Assembly: GCA_951406725.2 (NCBI GenBank)
Contig: OX597831.1
Coordinates: forward strand, 55,800,001-55,864,000
DNA from: Octopus vulgaris
Taxonomy: Eukaryota
DNA: 64,000 nt
Reading direction: 5' to 3'
Shown here: piece after piece, positions 1 to 12,739 of the stretch
How positions within the stretch are numbered: the first letter of the stretch is position 1
Layout of the letters: each line of letters begins with the position of its first letter
Position numbers and translations under genes: made by a program
Notes under the pieces: model-generated
The model's database searches: none
Told to the model about the DNA's origin: nothing
The model's input: only the letters and a program-made list of their open reading frames with translations

Positions 1-409
1 CTAATAAATATTTTTTAAAAAGATCACTGGCTAATTGTGACACCAGCACCTGTTCTAGTATGAGAGTTATGAGAGTTTCTCTCAAGGCAACTTACCACAG
101 TATAGTTTGTTCCAACAGAACATCTATGTTTAAGAGGGGATACATAATCAATACAGTCCAGTGAGAGAGAGAAAGAAGAGATGTAAAATAAATTTTGTCC
201 TTAGTACTGGCACTTTATTGACCTCTGGGCTTGAACTCAGGGCACAAAGAACTACACCAAATGTTGTTAGAAGTTCTGTTCTATCTGATGCTCTGATGAG
301 TGTCAGTTCACCACCACCATTTGATTTAGCAGATATAGATAAAGGATTAGACTGGGGTGATGGGGGAGCAATGGGATTGACTCATGGAAAAGTGGGCATT
401 AAAGCAAAT

Positions 410-554
410 CGATAATGATGATGATGAAGATGGCAATGATGACAATGATGATAATGACGACAACAATGATGGCGATAATGATGATGACAACAATGATGAC
501 GATGATGGTGATGGTGATGATGATAATGATGATGATGACGATGATGATGATGAT
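410..554. repeat. Degenerate (GAT)n microsatellite
   Basis: gatgat/gacaat/gataat triplet run. It explains the poly-D, poly-M and poly-S ORFs. Confidence 0.95.
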
Positions 555-921
555 AGCTTGCTTACCAACCACATGGTTCCGGGTTCAGTCCCACTGCGTG
601 GCACCTTGGGCAAGTGTCTTCTACTATAGCCTCGGGCTGACCAAAGCCTTGTGAGTGGATTTGGTAGACGGAAACTGAAAGAAGCCCGTCGTATATATGT
701 ATATATATATATGTGTGTGTGTGTTTGTCCCCCTAGCATTGCTTGACAACCAATGCTGGTGTGTTTATGTCCCCGTTACTTAGGGGTTCGGCAAAAGAGA
801 CCGATAGAATAAGTACTGGGCTTACAAAAAGAATAAGTCCCGGGGTCGATTTGCTCGATTAATGGCGGTGCTCCAGCATGGCCGCAGTCAAATGACTGAA
901 ACAAGTAAAAAAATAAAAGAG
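553..921 (+). mobile_element. SINE family A, 5'-truncated
   Basis: agcttgcttaccaaccacatggttccgggttcagtccc...ggcaccttgggcaagtgtcttctactatagcc...(TA/TG)n...ggcggtgctccagcatggccgcagtcaaatgactgaaacaag. More than 15 copies occur in the window. Confidence 0.92.
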
Positions 922-1753
922 TATAGCAAAGATAATGATGATGATTCTACTATATACACAAGCAATGTTCTCTCTAACTTTTTTTTTTTTGTGTGTGTCT
1001 TCAAATTTTGTCTTGCTTTGCAAAATATGTTTACATCCAAAGACAAAAAAAAAAAGTTATATCATCTTGAAAAACCTGTGTGCACATATTTCTTTTTTCT
1101 TTTGTTTACTAGTTGTGAAACATGTGCATATGTACTGTTTGTAGGGAACATTGGGCACAAGGCCAGAAATCTGGGAGTAGTGGGTGCTAGACAATTAGAT
1201 TGACTCTACTTCTACTACTACTACAGTTATTTCAACATCATCATTCCTATATGTACCCCAACGACTAACAAAGCTTTAGCTGACCCACCTCAGTTTTTGA
1301 ATTACCAATTAAAAACTAAAACTACTGCAGTTATTTCTTCTTCTACTACTACTACTACTACTACTACAGTTACTACTGTAAATATTATCCCAACTACTAC
1401 TACTACTTCTGCTGCTGTTTCATTAAGGGTGGGAGGGCCCCAGGGCCCCTTTGTGAAAGTAACCCTTATTAACTGCAAGAATATTTATTACATAATTATA
1501 GGTCAGACCTGGTAGTGTAGACCTTTTAGCAGAAGCATTCAATATTTAATATGTCAACAACACTTTAAAAAAATTTTTTTTTTTTTTATCAAACACTAAG
1601 GTACCATTTGAGGGAGATTTGGCTACTACATCTTGTAAGTCATGAGTTCACATAAAGGCTCCATCATTCAGTTGATATACAAAAAAGTTCTATGTCAATA
1701 TACACTCCATATAATGCCAATATACACCTCTTTTAATATTAATATTATCAATA

Positions 1754-2165
1754 GGCATAGGAGTGGCTGTGTAGTAAGTAGCTTGCTTACCAGCCACATG
1801 GTTCCGGGTTCATTTCCACTGCATGGCGCCTTGGGCAAATGTCTTCTACTATAGCCTCAGGCCAACCAAAGCCTTGTGAGTGGATTTGGTAGACGGAAAC
1901 TGAAAGAAGCCTGTTGTATATATGTATATATATATACATATGTGTGTGTGTCTGTGTTTGTCCTCCCCAACATCGCTTGACAACCGATGATGCTGGTGTG
2001 TTTACATCCCCGTAACTTAGCGGTTCGGCAATAGAGACCGATAGAATAAGTACTAGGCTTCCGAAGAATAAGTCCTGGGATCGATTTGCTCGACTAAAGG
2101 TGGTGCTCCAGCATGGCCGCAGTCAAATGACTGAAACAAGTAAAAGAGTGAAAAGAGTAAAGAGT
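1754..2165 (+). mobile_element. SINE family A, full length
   Basis: Head ggcataggagtggctgtgtagtaag with A/B-box-like segments, internal microsatellite and (gtaaaaga)n tail. Confidence 0.92.
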
Positions 2166-2427
2166 AAATACAAATATATACATTATTCAGCACCAGTATC
2201 CATATCATACAATATCAGTATACACTCTGTTCACTGTCATTATACACACATATCAAAACCAATATACACACCATTTATTACAATGAATAACTGCATTCAA
2301 CACTAATATACATATCTTTGGATTTCAATGAATCTCATAACACACATACATACATACATACATACACACAAACATATATGCTTACATACACACACATATT
2401 ATTACTGCTGCTGCTGTTGTTGTTATT

Positions 2428-2824
2428 CTCTCTTTCTCTTTTACTTGTTTCAGTCATTTTGACTGCGGCCATGCTGGAGCACCACCTTTTAGTCGAGCAA
2501 ATCGACACCAGGACTTATTCTTTGTAAGCCTAGTACTTATTCTATCGGTCTCTTTTGCCAAACCGTTAAGTTACGGGGACGTAAACACACCAGCATCGGT
2601 TGTCAAGCGATGTTAGGGGGACAAACACAGACACACAAACACGCACACACATATATATATATACATATATACGACGGGCTTCTTTCAGTTTCCGTCTACC
2701 AAATCCACTCACAAGGCTTTGGTCGGCCCGAGGCAATAGTAGAAGACATTTACCCAAGGTGCCACACAGTGGGAATGAACCCGGAACCATGTGGTTGGTA
2801 AGCAAGCTACTTACCACACAGCCA
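2428..2824 (-). mobile_element. SINE family A, inverted relative to 1754-2165
   Basis: Reverse complement of the family A consensus. Confidence 0.92.
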
Positions 2825-3026
2825 AGAATGTTGACAGTGACTTTGAAGTTTCAGCCTGCTAAGCCATCATTGGCGAGTCAATGATGGCTTAGCTGGTCAA
2901 AACTATGACGATGGCTTTTCTTGTCAAAGAATAATAAATTTGTACTTCACAAAAGTATAGAGTAACCCATCAGATTAGTGTAAAATTGTTTATATTATAA
3001 GTGAATATAAAAACAATCAGCAATCA

Positions 3027-3560
3027 TACAGGGTGCAGTGAATATACTGTTGTCTAAATTACACAAAAACGAAAATAACACTGGTATTTCATTAAAATAT
3101 CTTGAAATACTAAAGAGTAAATTTATTCAATAAAATTGCCATTGGCTTCAACCACAACTTCCAGACGACTTCAGAATCTCCTGCAGCTCTTCTGGATGGT
3201 CTCCTTGTTTAAGTTGGTGAATGCTGCCATAATCCTTGCCTTCAGTTCATCATTTGTGTTACAAGGAGTTTTATTGGTCTCTCATTCAACTGCACACCAC
3301 ACATAATAATCAATAGGATTGCAGTCTGGAGAATTAGATGGCCAGACGTTAGGGGTGATGTGGTCACAGAAATTTCTGACAGTCATAACTGGGTTCTACT
3401 GCTTGTGTGGCTTGGTGCAGAGTCCCGTTGCCAGACAAAGGTTCTTCCAGCAGCCACCCTTTTGACCCAGGGTAGCACTACCTCCTCCAGGCACATAATG
3501 TAAGCCTCCGTGTGGAGTCTGAGATCATGTGGGATGATGAATGGAGGCATATGAAGTACG
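3027..3560 (-). mobile_element. Tc1/mariner-superfamily transposase remnant with TA+CAGGGTG end
   Basis: Minus-strand translation VLPWVKRVAAGRTFVWQRDSAPSHTS and WPSNSPDCNPIDYYVW matches the DDD/E catalytic region. Terminus TA-cagggtg at 3027. Confidence 0.85.
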
Positions 3561-4206
3561 AGTACATGGAATATAAACTGTTTTTGTAAGCAACAAATGG
3601 AAAACAAGACAAACAGCATTAAGAACGACACTTCATCAGTTGTTGGTAGTTTTTCTAATCCGTATTTTGAGCATTTCACAATAAAACAGTTGCTCCTGCA
3701 AAGCAAATTAAATAAAATTTGGGATTTTGCAGAGGGTCAAAATTGGTAACAAAAACAGGACTGAAAATAAACGGGAAGGGCTGCTAAGCCTAAACGAGGT
3801 TGTGGTGGCGAATGCGAAAAAACAAGCTTGGACAGGAGACAGGCAAGAATATGTCTTCTTGGTCCAGCCACAACAGTGAGAAAGAAAGAAACACATTTTA
3901 TTGAGGTCTTCATTGGTACTTTCCACCAGTATTCCTTTTTATTATGAGTGGCTATGGCTTCTACCATATTGTGAGTTCTTATTTCTTTGTCCTTGGGATT
4001 ATTGTTCCTACGGATTTCATTATAGATTGTCCCAGCTACAATGTCATGTCACATTAGTAGATAATACCATGATGACATTTTCAGACAACTGCTTATGATG
4101 TGGGGGATATTTTCAGTGTACACTCCATAAAGTCTGCATCAGTTGTCACACCTTATGCATGTATGTATGTATGTATGTATGTATGTAGGTATCTATATAT
4201 ATATGT

Positions 4207-4240
<34 letters not shown>

Positions 4241-4389
4241 GCACACACATATATAGATATAAATAAATATAAATATATATATGTTTATAAATATATAAAC
4301 ATACATAAATATACATATATATTATTATAAATATATAAATATCAATAAATATAAATATATATACATAATTATAAATATATATAGAGAGG

Positions 4390-4420
<31 letters not shown>

Positions 4421-4616
4421 GACAGAGAGAGAGACTAAATGTTTATGGATGACAAAAGATTTGTCCACAGAATACTAAAGTCCACATAGTGGAATGGAAA
4501 TAGCAGGTATAAAGTTTAAAATTGACTAAAATGAATGTTCATGGCAAAATTTTAGGAAGAACACATGCACACATGTGCACACACACACAAACACACTCTA
4601 CACACACATTTACACA

Positions 4617-4652
<36 letters not shown>

Positions 4653-5017
4653 TATAGATAGATAAATATACATGTATATGCATGTGTATGTGTGCATGTG
4701 TGAGAGTTTATGTGTGTGTGTGTGTGTGTATCATCATCATTTAACGTCCGTTTTCCATGTTGGTATGGGTTGGATGGTTTGACAAAAGACTGCACCAGGC
4801 TTCACTGTCTGTTCCGGCAGGATTTTTACAGCTGGATGCTCTTCCTAACACCAATCACCTTACAGAGTGAACTGTGTATATATATATATACATATATCAG
4901 CCGAAATTGTGAGGATGATCCGGTTCTTGACTGAAGATTGAAGGCTTCGAATGTCCCATCCATGTTTTTTGTATCGTCTCCTAAATGTTTTGCATTCTTG
5001 TCCCCGTTTGTATTTTT

Positions 5018-5070
<53 letters not shown>

Positions 5071-5256
5071 GGGAGCCTGTTTCCCTTGTCAGTCATTAGG
5101 TAAGTGCTTCCCCGTGGCTAAGAGTTGTTCTGACTCTTATTTCTAGCAATGCTGGTGCTGACTAGCACCCTTAGTCACCTTAGTGATGTCTATACTTGTG
5201 CCTTTTGGTTGTTAATTGTGAATAAGCCGCCTTGATTATATATATAGATATATATA

Positions 5257-5400
5257 TTGATTAAACCTCACCAAGTTAAATATTTCAATCACCTGAAGAA
5301 TGACTGTAACTCGAATTTTTAGAAATTGGACAGCCATGAAACGATCGTAGTGTTATACTAATTATCTTTTTTTAATAATTTTGATATATATTTAAAATAA
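5257..5400 (+). mobile_element. Short TA-flanked element carrying a hammerhead ribozyme
   Basis: Lies between TA-rich tracts and contains the HHR at 5290-5352. Confidence 0.7.
5290..5352 (+). ncRNA. Type I hammerhead ribozyme, canonical core
   Basis: cac-CTGAAGA-atgactgt...acagccat-GAAAC-gatc-GTA-gtg. Stems I, II and III pair, the cleavage triplet is GUA, and loop III is palindromic. Confidence 0.82.
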
Positions 5401-5699
5401 TATAAATTAATTAATCTTATGTATTGGCTTAAGTTTTTCATTGTATGATTTGCCTAGTAGTGGTTTTATCTCTAATTCAATATAATATATATACACACAC
5501 ACACACACAAACACACGTATATATATATGTGTGTGTGTGTATATATATATATACTTCGTTTTGGGATTTGATTTGCAAAAGTCTTTATGTGAGTTCATGT
5601 GTTGAAGCATATTCTGTTGTGTCTGGGGAGAGTCATTCTCTTTTACTGCCTTATTATTTAACACACACATCCGTAAAGTTTCCACACATTAACTTATCA

Positions 5700-6100
5700 T
5701 ATAGTCATTAAACTGTGGCCATGCTGGGGCACCACCTTGAAGAATTTCTAGTCAAATGAATTAACCCCAGTACTTTTTTTTTAACTTTTTAAAGCCTGAT
5801 GTTTATTCCATTGATCTCTTTTGCTGAATCACTAAGTAATGAGGACGTAAGCACACTAACACCAGTTGTCAAGTAGTGGTGGGGGACAAAGACAGACACA
5901 AAGACACACACATAAATATATAGATATATAAACACAATAGGCTTATTTCAGTTTCCATTTACCAAATCCACTCACAAGTCTTTGGTCAGCCCGAGGCTAT
6001 AGTAGAAGACACTTGCTCACGGTGTCACACAGTGGGACTGAACCCATGACCATGTGGTTGGGAAGCAAGATTCTCACCACAAACCTATGACTGTGACTAT
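5700..6100 (-). mobile_element. SINE family A, diverged
   Basis: ggccatgctggggcaccacc...ccaaatccactcacaag...gaagacacttgc. Confidence 0.85.
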
Positions 6101-6634
6101 GTAATTAAATTTTCTCCTTTCCTAAAAAAATATACATTTAAAACAAAAATACTGTACCAATTCACAGAATTACTTTGAGTGAATTATTTTTCTAATCAAT
6201 TGCTGTTTACTAATGTATTTTGCAGTACTAAGGGACTCAAGTGCTTCCTTGCCAATTTGCCCCCTTACCACATCATTTCTTTCATGTAGATTTCTCTCGT
6301 GTGGTGCTGTTGAGCATGCCCACAGGCTTAATTTATCACATAGATGTAGTTCCTATGTCTGCTGATTTCTCAGTATGGTAGCGGCAGTGCTAACTGCCTC
6401 AAAGGAGGGTATATCCACTGAGAACTTTTTGATGCATTCAAAAATCACATACCCACTACCCACTTTTATATGACAAGGTTAAGGCCTGGAATCTTCCAAA
6501 CAGCCGCTTGACATGTCACTTAGTCGAATTAGCCCTTCATTTATTCCACAAATGGTTGGTTGTCAACGTTGCACTTCCCTGTATCACATGTTTCAACTTA
6601 ACTGTACCATATATACAAACTATGTCATTTAAAT

Positions 6635-6663
6635 CCCAAGCAATGCCGGGTATCTCTGCTAGT
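6635..6663 (+). mobile_element. Helitron-type 3' terminus
   Basis: cccaagcaatgccggg (decayed subterminal hairpin), 8 nt spacer, then CTAG/T. The upstream extent is uncertain. Confidence 0.6.
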
Positions 6664-6879
6664 CTTTTATAATATTATATTAACCAATCTACTTTGCTTG
6701 CTTGAAGGAATTTGTATGTCACTGATGTTAACAATTGATGTGACCATATTAATAGTTCTTCATTGTATCCAGCTTCTTCATATTATATATGAAGTAGATA
6801 TGTCATATACACGTTAGATGGGATGGTAGGCTCTTGAGGAAGTAGATAATTCCCTTGTTTTCTTATTTAGGTTGTTTAG

Positions 6880-7103
6880 TGATTTCGTTATTGTATTTAT
6901 TTTGAGAAGCTCTGTGTTTTTCTCAATTACTTTAAATATAACAAAGAATTTAGTAAAATAACTTGGATATCATTCAGTTAGTGGTAGGATCATAAATTGT
7001 GACTAAGGTTTGGTGGAAGATTCTAATTTAAAATTCATGAAAACAAGGCATTTGTACTCAGAGCCAGAGCCGGTTTCAGCCGGGTTGGTAACGAAAGGGT
7101 TAA
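6880..7103. mobile_element. piggyBac-like terminal fragment
   Basis: Ends ttggtaacgaaagggTTAA (CCCTTT terminus plus TTAA). The same terminus occurs at 47115. Confidence 0.65.
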
Positions 7104-7357
7104 TTTACCATCTATGATACTTCTATGACTTGATCAAAATTCATCTATGACTCATCTACATCTTTGACTCAATCAAAATTCCTCTCTCAACAAATATGTG
7201 ATCACGAGTCAATTATAAGAAAGCATTAATTACTGGTTTCGAATTTTGGCACAAGGCCAGTAATTTTGGGGGAGGGAGTTTACTCACATCAACCCCATGA
7301 GACTCAACTGGTACTTATTTTATCCACCCCAAAAGAATGAAATGCAATTTTTTTTTT

Positions 7358-7772
7358 TACTTGTTTCAGTCATTTTGGCTACGGCCATACTGGAGCACCG
7401 CCTTTAATCGAGCAACTTGACCTCGGGACTTATTCTTTGTAAGCCCAGTACTTATTCTATCGGGCTCTTTTGCCAAACTGCTAAGTGATGGGGACATAAA
7501 CACCCCAGCATCGGTTGTCAAGCAATGCTAGGGGGACAAACACAGACACACAAACATACACGCACATACATATATATATACATATATACGACAGGCTTCT
7601 TTCAGTTTCTGTCTACCAAATCCACTCACAAGGCTTTGGTCAGCCCGAGGCTATAGTAGAAGACACTTGCCCAAGGTGCCACGCAGTGGGACTGAACCCG
7701 GAACCATGTGGTTGGTAAACAAGCTACTTACCACATAGCCCCTCCTGTGCCTATAACCACTCCTGCGCCTAT
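7358..7772 (-). mobile_element. SINE family A inserted into an older family B SINE (7238-7345 and 7775-7870)
   Basis: Family B sequence resumes after the family A copy. Confidence 0.8.
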
Positions 7773-8147
7773 GTTAACCTTGGCAAAATTTAAACTCAGA
7801 AGACAAGGACAAACAAAATGTCGCTATGCATTTAGCCCCTGTGCTAACAATTCTGCCAGCTCACTGCCTTGAAAGCATTAATTATTAATGTCATCACAAG
7901 ATTGGTGAGCTGACAAGACTCATCAAAGCTTTGGAATAAATGCATCGCAGTATTTCTCCCAAACTTGTACTTTCTAAGTTCAAATCCAGTTGTGGTCAAC
8001 TTTGCTTTTCATCTTTTTAGGGTTAATAAAATAAAGTACTTATCAGGTATAGGGGTCGATGGTATCAGTTCCTCCATCTCCCTTCAAAATCACTGGCTTT
8101 GAGACTAAATCAGAAAGTTTTATTATTATCATCAATGAATTTTCTCA

Positions 8148-8208
8148 GCGGTGGTGCCCCAGCATGGCCGCGGCCTTCGGGCTAAAACATTTTTAAGGAT
8201 TTAAGGAA
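8148..8208 (+). mobile_element. 3'-end-only retroposon insertion with (TTTAAGGA)n tail
   Basis: ggtggtgccccagcatggccgcggccttcgggctaaaacatttttaaggatttaagga. A near-identical copy lies at 10503-10566. Confidence 0.75.
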
Positions 8209-8730
8209 TGTATGCCAGTGACTGGAAGAAAGAGTACTGCATCAGATAAAAACACATATCTAGTTCGTCTCTATCTCTCTCACTCTCTCTCACTCTTTTT
8301 ATACTACACCTCTGTTTTTTCTCTCCCTTTTCTCTCCCCCTTTCTCTCTCACTCTTTTTTGTTTTCTCTCTATCTCTTTATTTCTTTTCTTCTCTATTTG
8401 TTTTCCTTTCAACATGCATATAAAGAGTTATGTCCTCTGTACAACTTCAAACACTTTGTCTGTGTAAACAATGCCATTAAGTATTTGGCAGATGCCTGGA
8501 GTAGCGGAACCACCTCTGTTGGATATTCCCTCTTTCGATGGGGATTTTTCAATTTTATGATTTGGAACTTCATTTGTTGAATATAGAAACACACACACAC
8601 ACACATTGTACAAACAAGAAAGTAATATTTAGAACACTGTAGAGTTATGAAAATAGCAGAAAGATTGGGTACTTAATTACTAAGTATAAGATGAAAAAAG
8701 TTTTCAAGTTTGTTTACATACATATGTGTG

Positions 8731-8770
<40 letters not shown>

Positions 8771-8774
<4 letters not shown>

Positions 8775-9050
8775 AAAAAGGAGATGTGGAACACGAGTTG
8801 TGATATATAAAAAAGGAAATGAAGAAAATGCTGACAAAATAATTCAAGTAATTTAAGTAATTTAATTAAGTGAAAGTTCTTTTTACCGGTTGTGCATTTG
8901 TTATGCTTATCAAAAGTTTTTTCCTCTTATCAGATAAGAGGAAAAAACTTTTGATAAGCATAACAAATGCGCAACCGGTAAAAAGAACTTTCACTTAATT
9001 AAATTACTTAAATTACTTGAATTATTTTGTCAGCATTTTCTTCATTTCCT

Positions 9051-9062
<12 letters not shown>
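8771..9062. mobile_element. TA-flanked near-perfect palindrome (arms about 129 bp, centre 8932) with one-sided 32 bp tail and variant HHR
   Basis: 8803-8931 is the reverse complement of 8933-9062. TTGATAA-gcat-aacaa-atgc-GCAAC-cg-GTA at 8951-8980. Confidence 0.85.
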
Positions 9063-9090
<28 letters not shown>

Positions 9091-9093
<3 letters not shown>

Positions 9094-9323
9094 AGGGATG
9101 ACCACTAAGTGGACATCCATTATGCTAGATGTAGACCCCCATATGGTCTGACCACTAAGAAAAGTTTGTGATTAATCTTTATATTTTATATCTTTTCATT
9201 TGTCTTGCTTGCTCACATTCTGGCATTTGCTGAATTTTCTTGAGAACAATCTTTTCTTAGTGGTCAGACCATACAGGGTCTACATCTAGCATAAGAGATG
9301 TCCTCTTAGTGGTCATCCCTCTT
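9091..9323. mobile_element. TA-flanked inverted repeat (arms about 73 bp), 3' end of the family seen at 27128-27468
   Basis: aagagggatgaccactaag...ctaagaaaag versus cttttcttag...cttagtggtcatccctctt. Confidence 0.85.
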
Positions 9324-9501
9324 ATATATATGTAATATAATTTTTCTGAATCTTCAGATTTTTCAATATGCTAGGCCACTGGTTTTAAATTGATATTAAT
9401 CAAATTAATATTCGATTTTTCACCCTTATTATTTAAATTTTATATATATATATATATATATATGAATGCATGAATATATCAATGTATGTACACATATATA
9501 T

Positions 9502-9541
<40 letters not shown>

Positions 9542-9603
9542 GTATATATGTATGTATGTATGTATGTATGTGTTTATATGTATGTGTTCATATTTATATG
9601 AAC

Positions 9604-10678
9604 ATTAGCTGAATATCCTGACATTGCTAAGTAAATTTTGCAATTGAATGTCTTAATGGATTTTCGGAATAACACTTCCCCATAAGTTGGATTTTCTCTG
9701 TGCTGACGATGATTTTCCAGTTTGATTTTTTATCACCCCCTTGCAAATGATGGGGGATAGATTTTAATGAAAAAATATATTAGAAAATTTATGGATCCCA
9801 CCCTCACTTCTGCATTGATTTTGTCAATTTTTTTGGTTCACTATGCACTTAAGAATGGGGAATGCCTTTTCAGTAAAAAAAAAAATAATAATTTTGGAAA
9901 ATTATGAATTTTTTTCACATACCCCTCCCCCACTCAGTACCAATTTTGGCTAATAATTTTTTTCAAAAATGAGAGGAGAAGCCTTTAAAAAATTTTGAAA
10001 ATTTGCGAAGACCATTACAATTCCCACTTACTTTATTTTCAAACAGAAAATAAAACTTAATTTGAAAAAAATAGTGAAATTTTTTTTAATGTTTTCATTA
10101 AGCTTGCCACCCAGCTCACCTGAAATTCTAAAATTTTGGCTTTCTTTTGGAATTTTTTAAAATCATTTTTTTTAATAATGTGTGATTTAAGAGAGTTTTA
10201 GCTGTTGTTTGTAGCAAATCCCTCGACCACCTGGTACCTTGATTGTTTTTTCTTTTTGTCACTCTGACACGTACAGTTTTTTTTTCAATATTTTTCTCCC
10301 TATAAACACATTTTATGGAATGATGATGCAGTGGTCCATTGCTAGGATTGAAGCGACAACAAAAATATTTGTAATTTAAATGTTTAACTCCCATCTTGCA
10401 CTAAGCAAGTTCGCACGCATGTGTGTGTGTGTGTGTGTGTATAAGAAAAAACATTTAGTAACAGAAAAATATGCTATTAAAATAAATTATCTTTTACATA
10501 CAGTGGTGGTGCCCCAGCATGGCCGCGGCCTTCTGGCTAAAACATTTTTAAGGATTTAAGGATTTTATTCATTTTTAAAACACTCTGTTATCCCAATGAA
10601 ATTCCTTACACACACTCATACACACACATTGACAAACACACACAGACTCAGCGAGAACAATATACTTTTATAGAGAGT
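9604..10678 (-). mobile_element. Probable decayed non-autonomous Helitron
   Basis: Left end attagctgaatatcctgacattgctaag resembles a reversed Helitron 3' end. Right end reads ctctctataaaag on the minus strand. Confidence 0.4.
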
Positions 10679-10835
10679 GAGAAAGTTTACTATGACAAAA
10701 TGCATGAGATAAACAATTTGCTTCCCAACCACATAGTTATGGGTTCAGTTCCAATGCATGACACTTTGGGCAAGTGTCTTCTACTATAGCCTCAGGTTGT
10801 CCAAAGCTTTGTGAGTGGATTTGGTAGACAGAAAC

Positions 10836-11018
10836 TATTTTTTTTTTCCTCTGTCTTCTCTTCTCTGGATCTTTCCTTCTCCTATGTTTCCGATGAAGAG
10901 CTCTGCTCGAAACGTTAAACCCTCCTTCTTTCCTTCTTTCCTGAGCATCCAATAATACTATATTTGTTCCACGTCCTCGTGTTGTGTTTTTTTGTGCTTT
11001 CTTGTTTGGATTAACTAT
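10836..11018 (+). mobile_element. HHR-bearing short element, same family as 27537-27755
   Basis: gttt-CCGATGA-a-gagc-tct-gctc-GAAAC-GTT-aaac at 10886-10920. Ends at a TA tract. Confidence 0.75.
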
Positions 11019-11031
11019 GTATATATATATA

Positions 11032-11071
<40 letters not shown>

Positions 11072-11159
11072 ACACATTGACAAACACACATAAACACTCA
11101 GCAAGAGTAATATACTTTTATAGAGAGTGAGAAAGTTTACAATGAGAAAAATGAATGAT

Positions 11160-11502
11160 AGACAGCTTGCTTCCTTACCACATGGTTCTGGGTTGAGTCC
11201 CACTGCATGGCACATCTACTATAGCCTTGGGTTGACCAAAGCCTTGTGAGTGGATTTGGTGGACGGAAACTGAAAGAACCCTGTCCTATATGTGTGTGTG
11301 TGTCTGTGCTTGTCCCCCCACCATCACTTGACAACCGATGTCAATGTGTTTACGCCCCTGTAACTTAGCAGTTTAGCAAAAGATATTGATAGGATAAATA
11401 GTAGGCTTACAAAGAATAAGTCCTGGGGACGATTTGTTCAACAAAAAGTGTTGCTCCAGCATGGCTACAGTCAAATGACTGAAACAAGTAAAAGTAAAAG
11501 AA
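11160..11502 (+). mobile_element. SINE family A, diverged
   Basis: Matches the family A body and tail. Confidence 0.85.
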
Positions 11503-11551
11503 TATATATATATATATATATATACATATATATAAACATATATACACACAA

Positions 11552-11650
<99 letters not shown>

Positions 11651-11756
11651 GTTCAAATTTACAGAAAAACAAAAGACGAAGACAGGTGTAGGAACAACAG
11701 GTGTATTAGTATATGTATATACATACATATACATTTATACATATATATATATATAT

Positions 11757-12015
11757 TAGAAGGTTTGGAGGTGATGTACAGGTATTATAGATTAGAAGAA
11801 ATAAGGTACTCAGAAATCTTGATGGTTTTATATTTACAGATTTTTATTGATATGTCACATGTTTTTATAAGACATATATTCGCGCTTGCATCTACTCTAG
11901 TAGACTACTAGAGTAGATGCAAGTGCTAATATATGATTTATAAAGACATGTGACATATTAATAAAAATCTGTAAATATAAAACCATCAAGATTTCTGAGT
12001 ACCTTATTTTTCTAA

Positions 12016-12020
<5 letters not shown>
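11757..12020. mobile_element. TA-flanked palindrome (arms about 117 bp, centre 11904) with one-sided tail of about 30 bp
   Basis: tatagattagaagaaataaggtactcag...ctctagtag-a-ctactagag...ctgagtaccttatttttctaatctata. Confidence 0.85.
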
Positions 12021-12081
<61 letters not shown>

Positions 12082-12467
12082 AAGAGAGAGAGAGATATCT
12101 TTTTCTGTCCCTGTCATAAATTTTGAAATTTTAAGATTGAGTGAACATTTTCAAATTTGGTATATTGATATACTTTTTCAGGCACGATCTGAGTTTGTGA
12201 TTCATTCATTCTGGAAAAAAGTTTTAGAAAAATATTACAGATATTCAAAGTTTGGTCATATTTTCCTAGTCAGAAAACAGGATTTGTAATAGCTGTCATA
12301 AAACTGAGAATAAACATTAAAAGAAGTTTTAAATAAAATGAAAGTAATGCCTGAGAGTTAATGCATATATATAGAGAGAGGGAGAGAGAGAGAGAGTGAC
12401 AAAGATGATGACAAATAGAGAGTGTGAGATTTGTAGAGCTAAAAGTTGAATTGTCTCTTATAGAAAA

Positions 12468-12470
12468 TTA

Positions 12471-12507
<37 letters not shown>

Positions 12508-12529
12508 TATATTACTACTACTACTACTC

Positions 12530-12596
<67 letters not shown>

Positions 12597-12683
12597 ATGT
12601 TTGACTTTTGCTTTCTTTTGTTCAAGTTGACTCCAAGTCTCACCCAGAGACCTCAAGAGACAAGTTAGAAGTTCATGTTACTA

Positions 12684-12738
<55 letters not shown>
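12468..12738. repeat. (ATT)n and (ACT)n microsatellites
   Basis: Direct reading. Confidence 0.95.

Positions 12739-12739
<1 letters not shown>

Noticed and set aside
384-654. Acidic poly-Asp, poly-Met and poly-Ser ORFs
   Set aside because: Translation of a (GAT)n microsatellite running into a SINE.
2566-2884. Recurrent peptides such as RRASFSFRLPNPLTRLWSARG and NWYLIYRPRKDERQSRPRRNLNSE
   Set aside because: Conceptual translations of SINE families A and B, not a gene family.
8188-8208. TTTAAGGA repeats as telomeric sequence
   Set aside because: Not TTAGGG, and they are the tail of a short retroposon end.
8409-8613. Unique-looking open frames on both strands next to a pyrimidine tract
   Set aside because: No recognisable domain and no convincing acceptor/donor pair. 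It cannot be excluded without RNA data.
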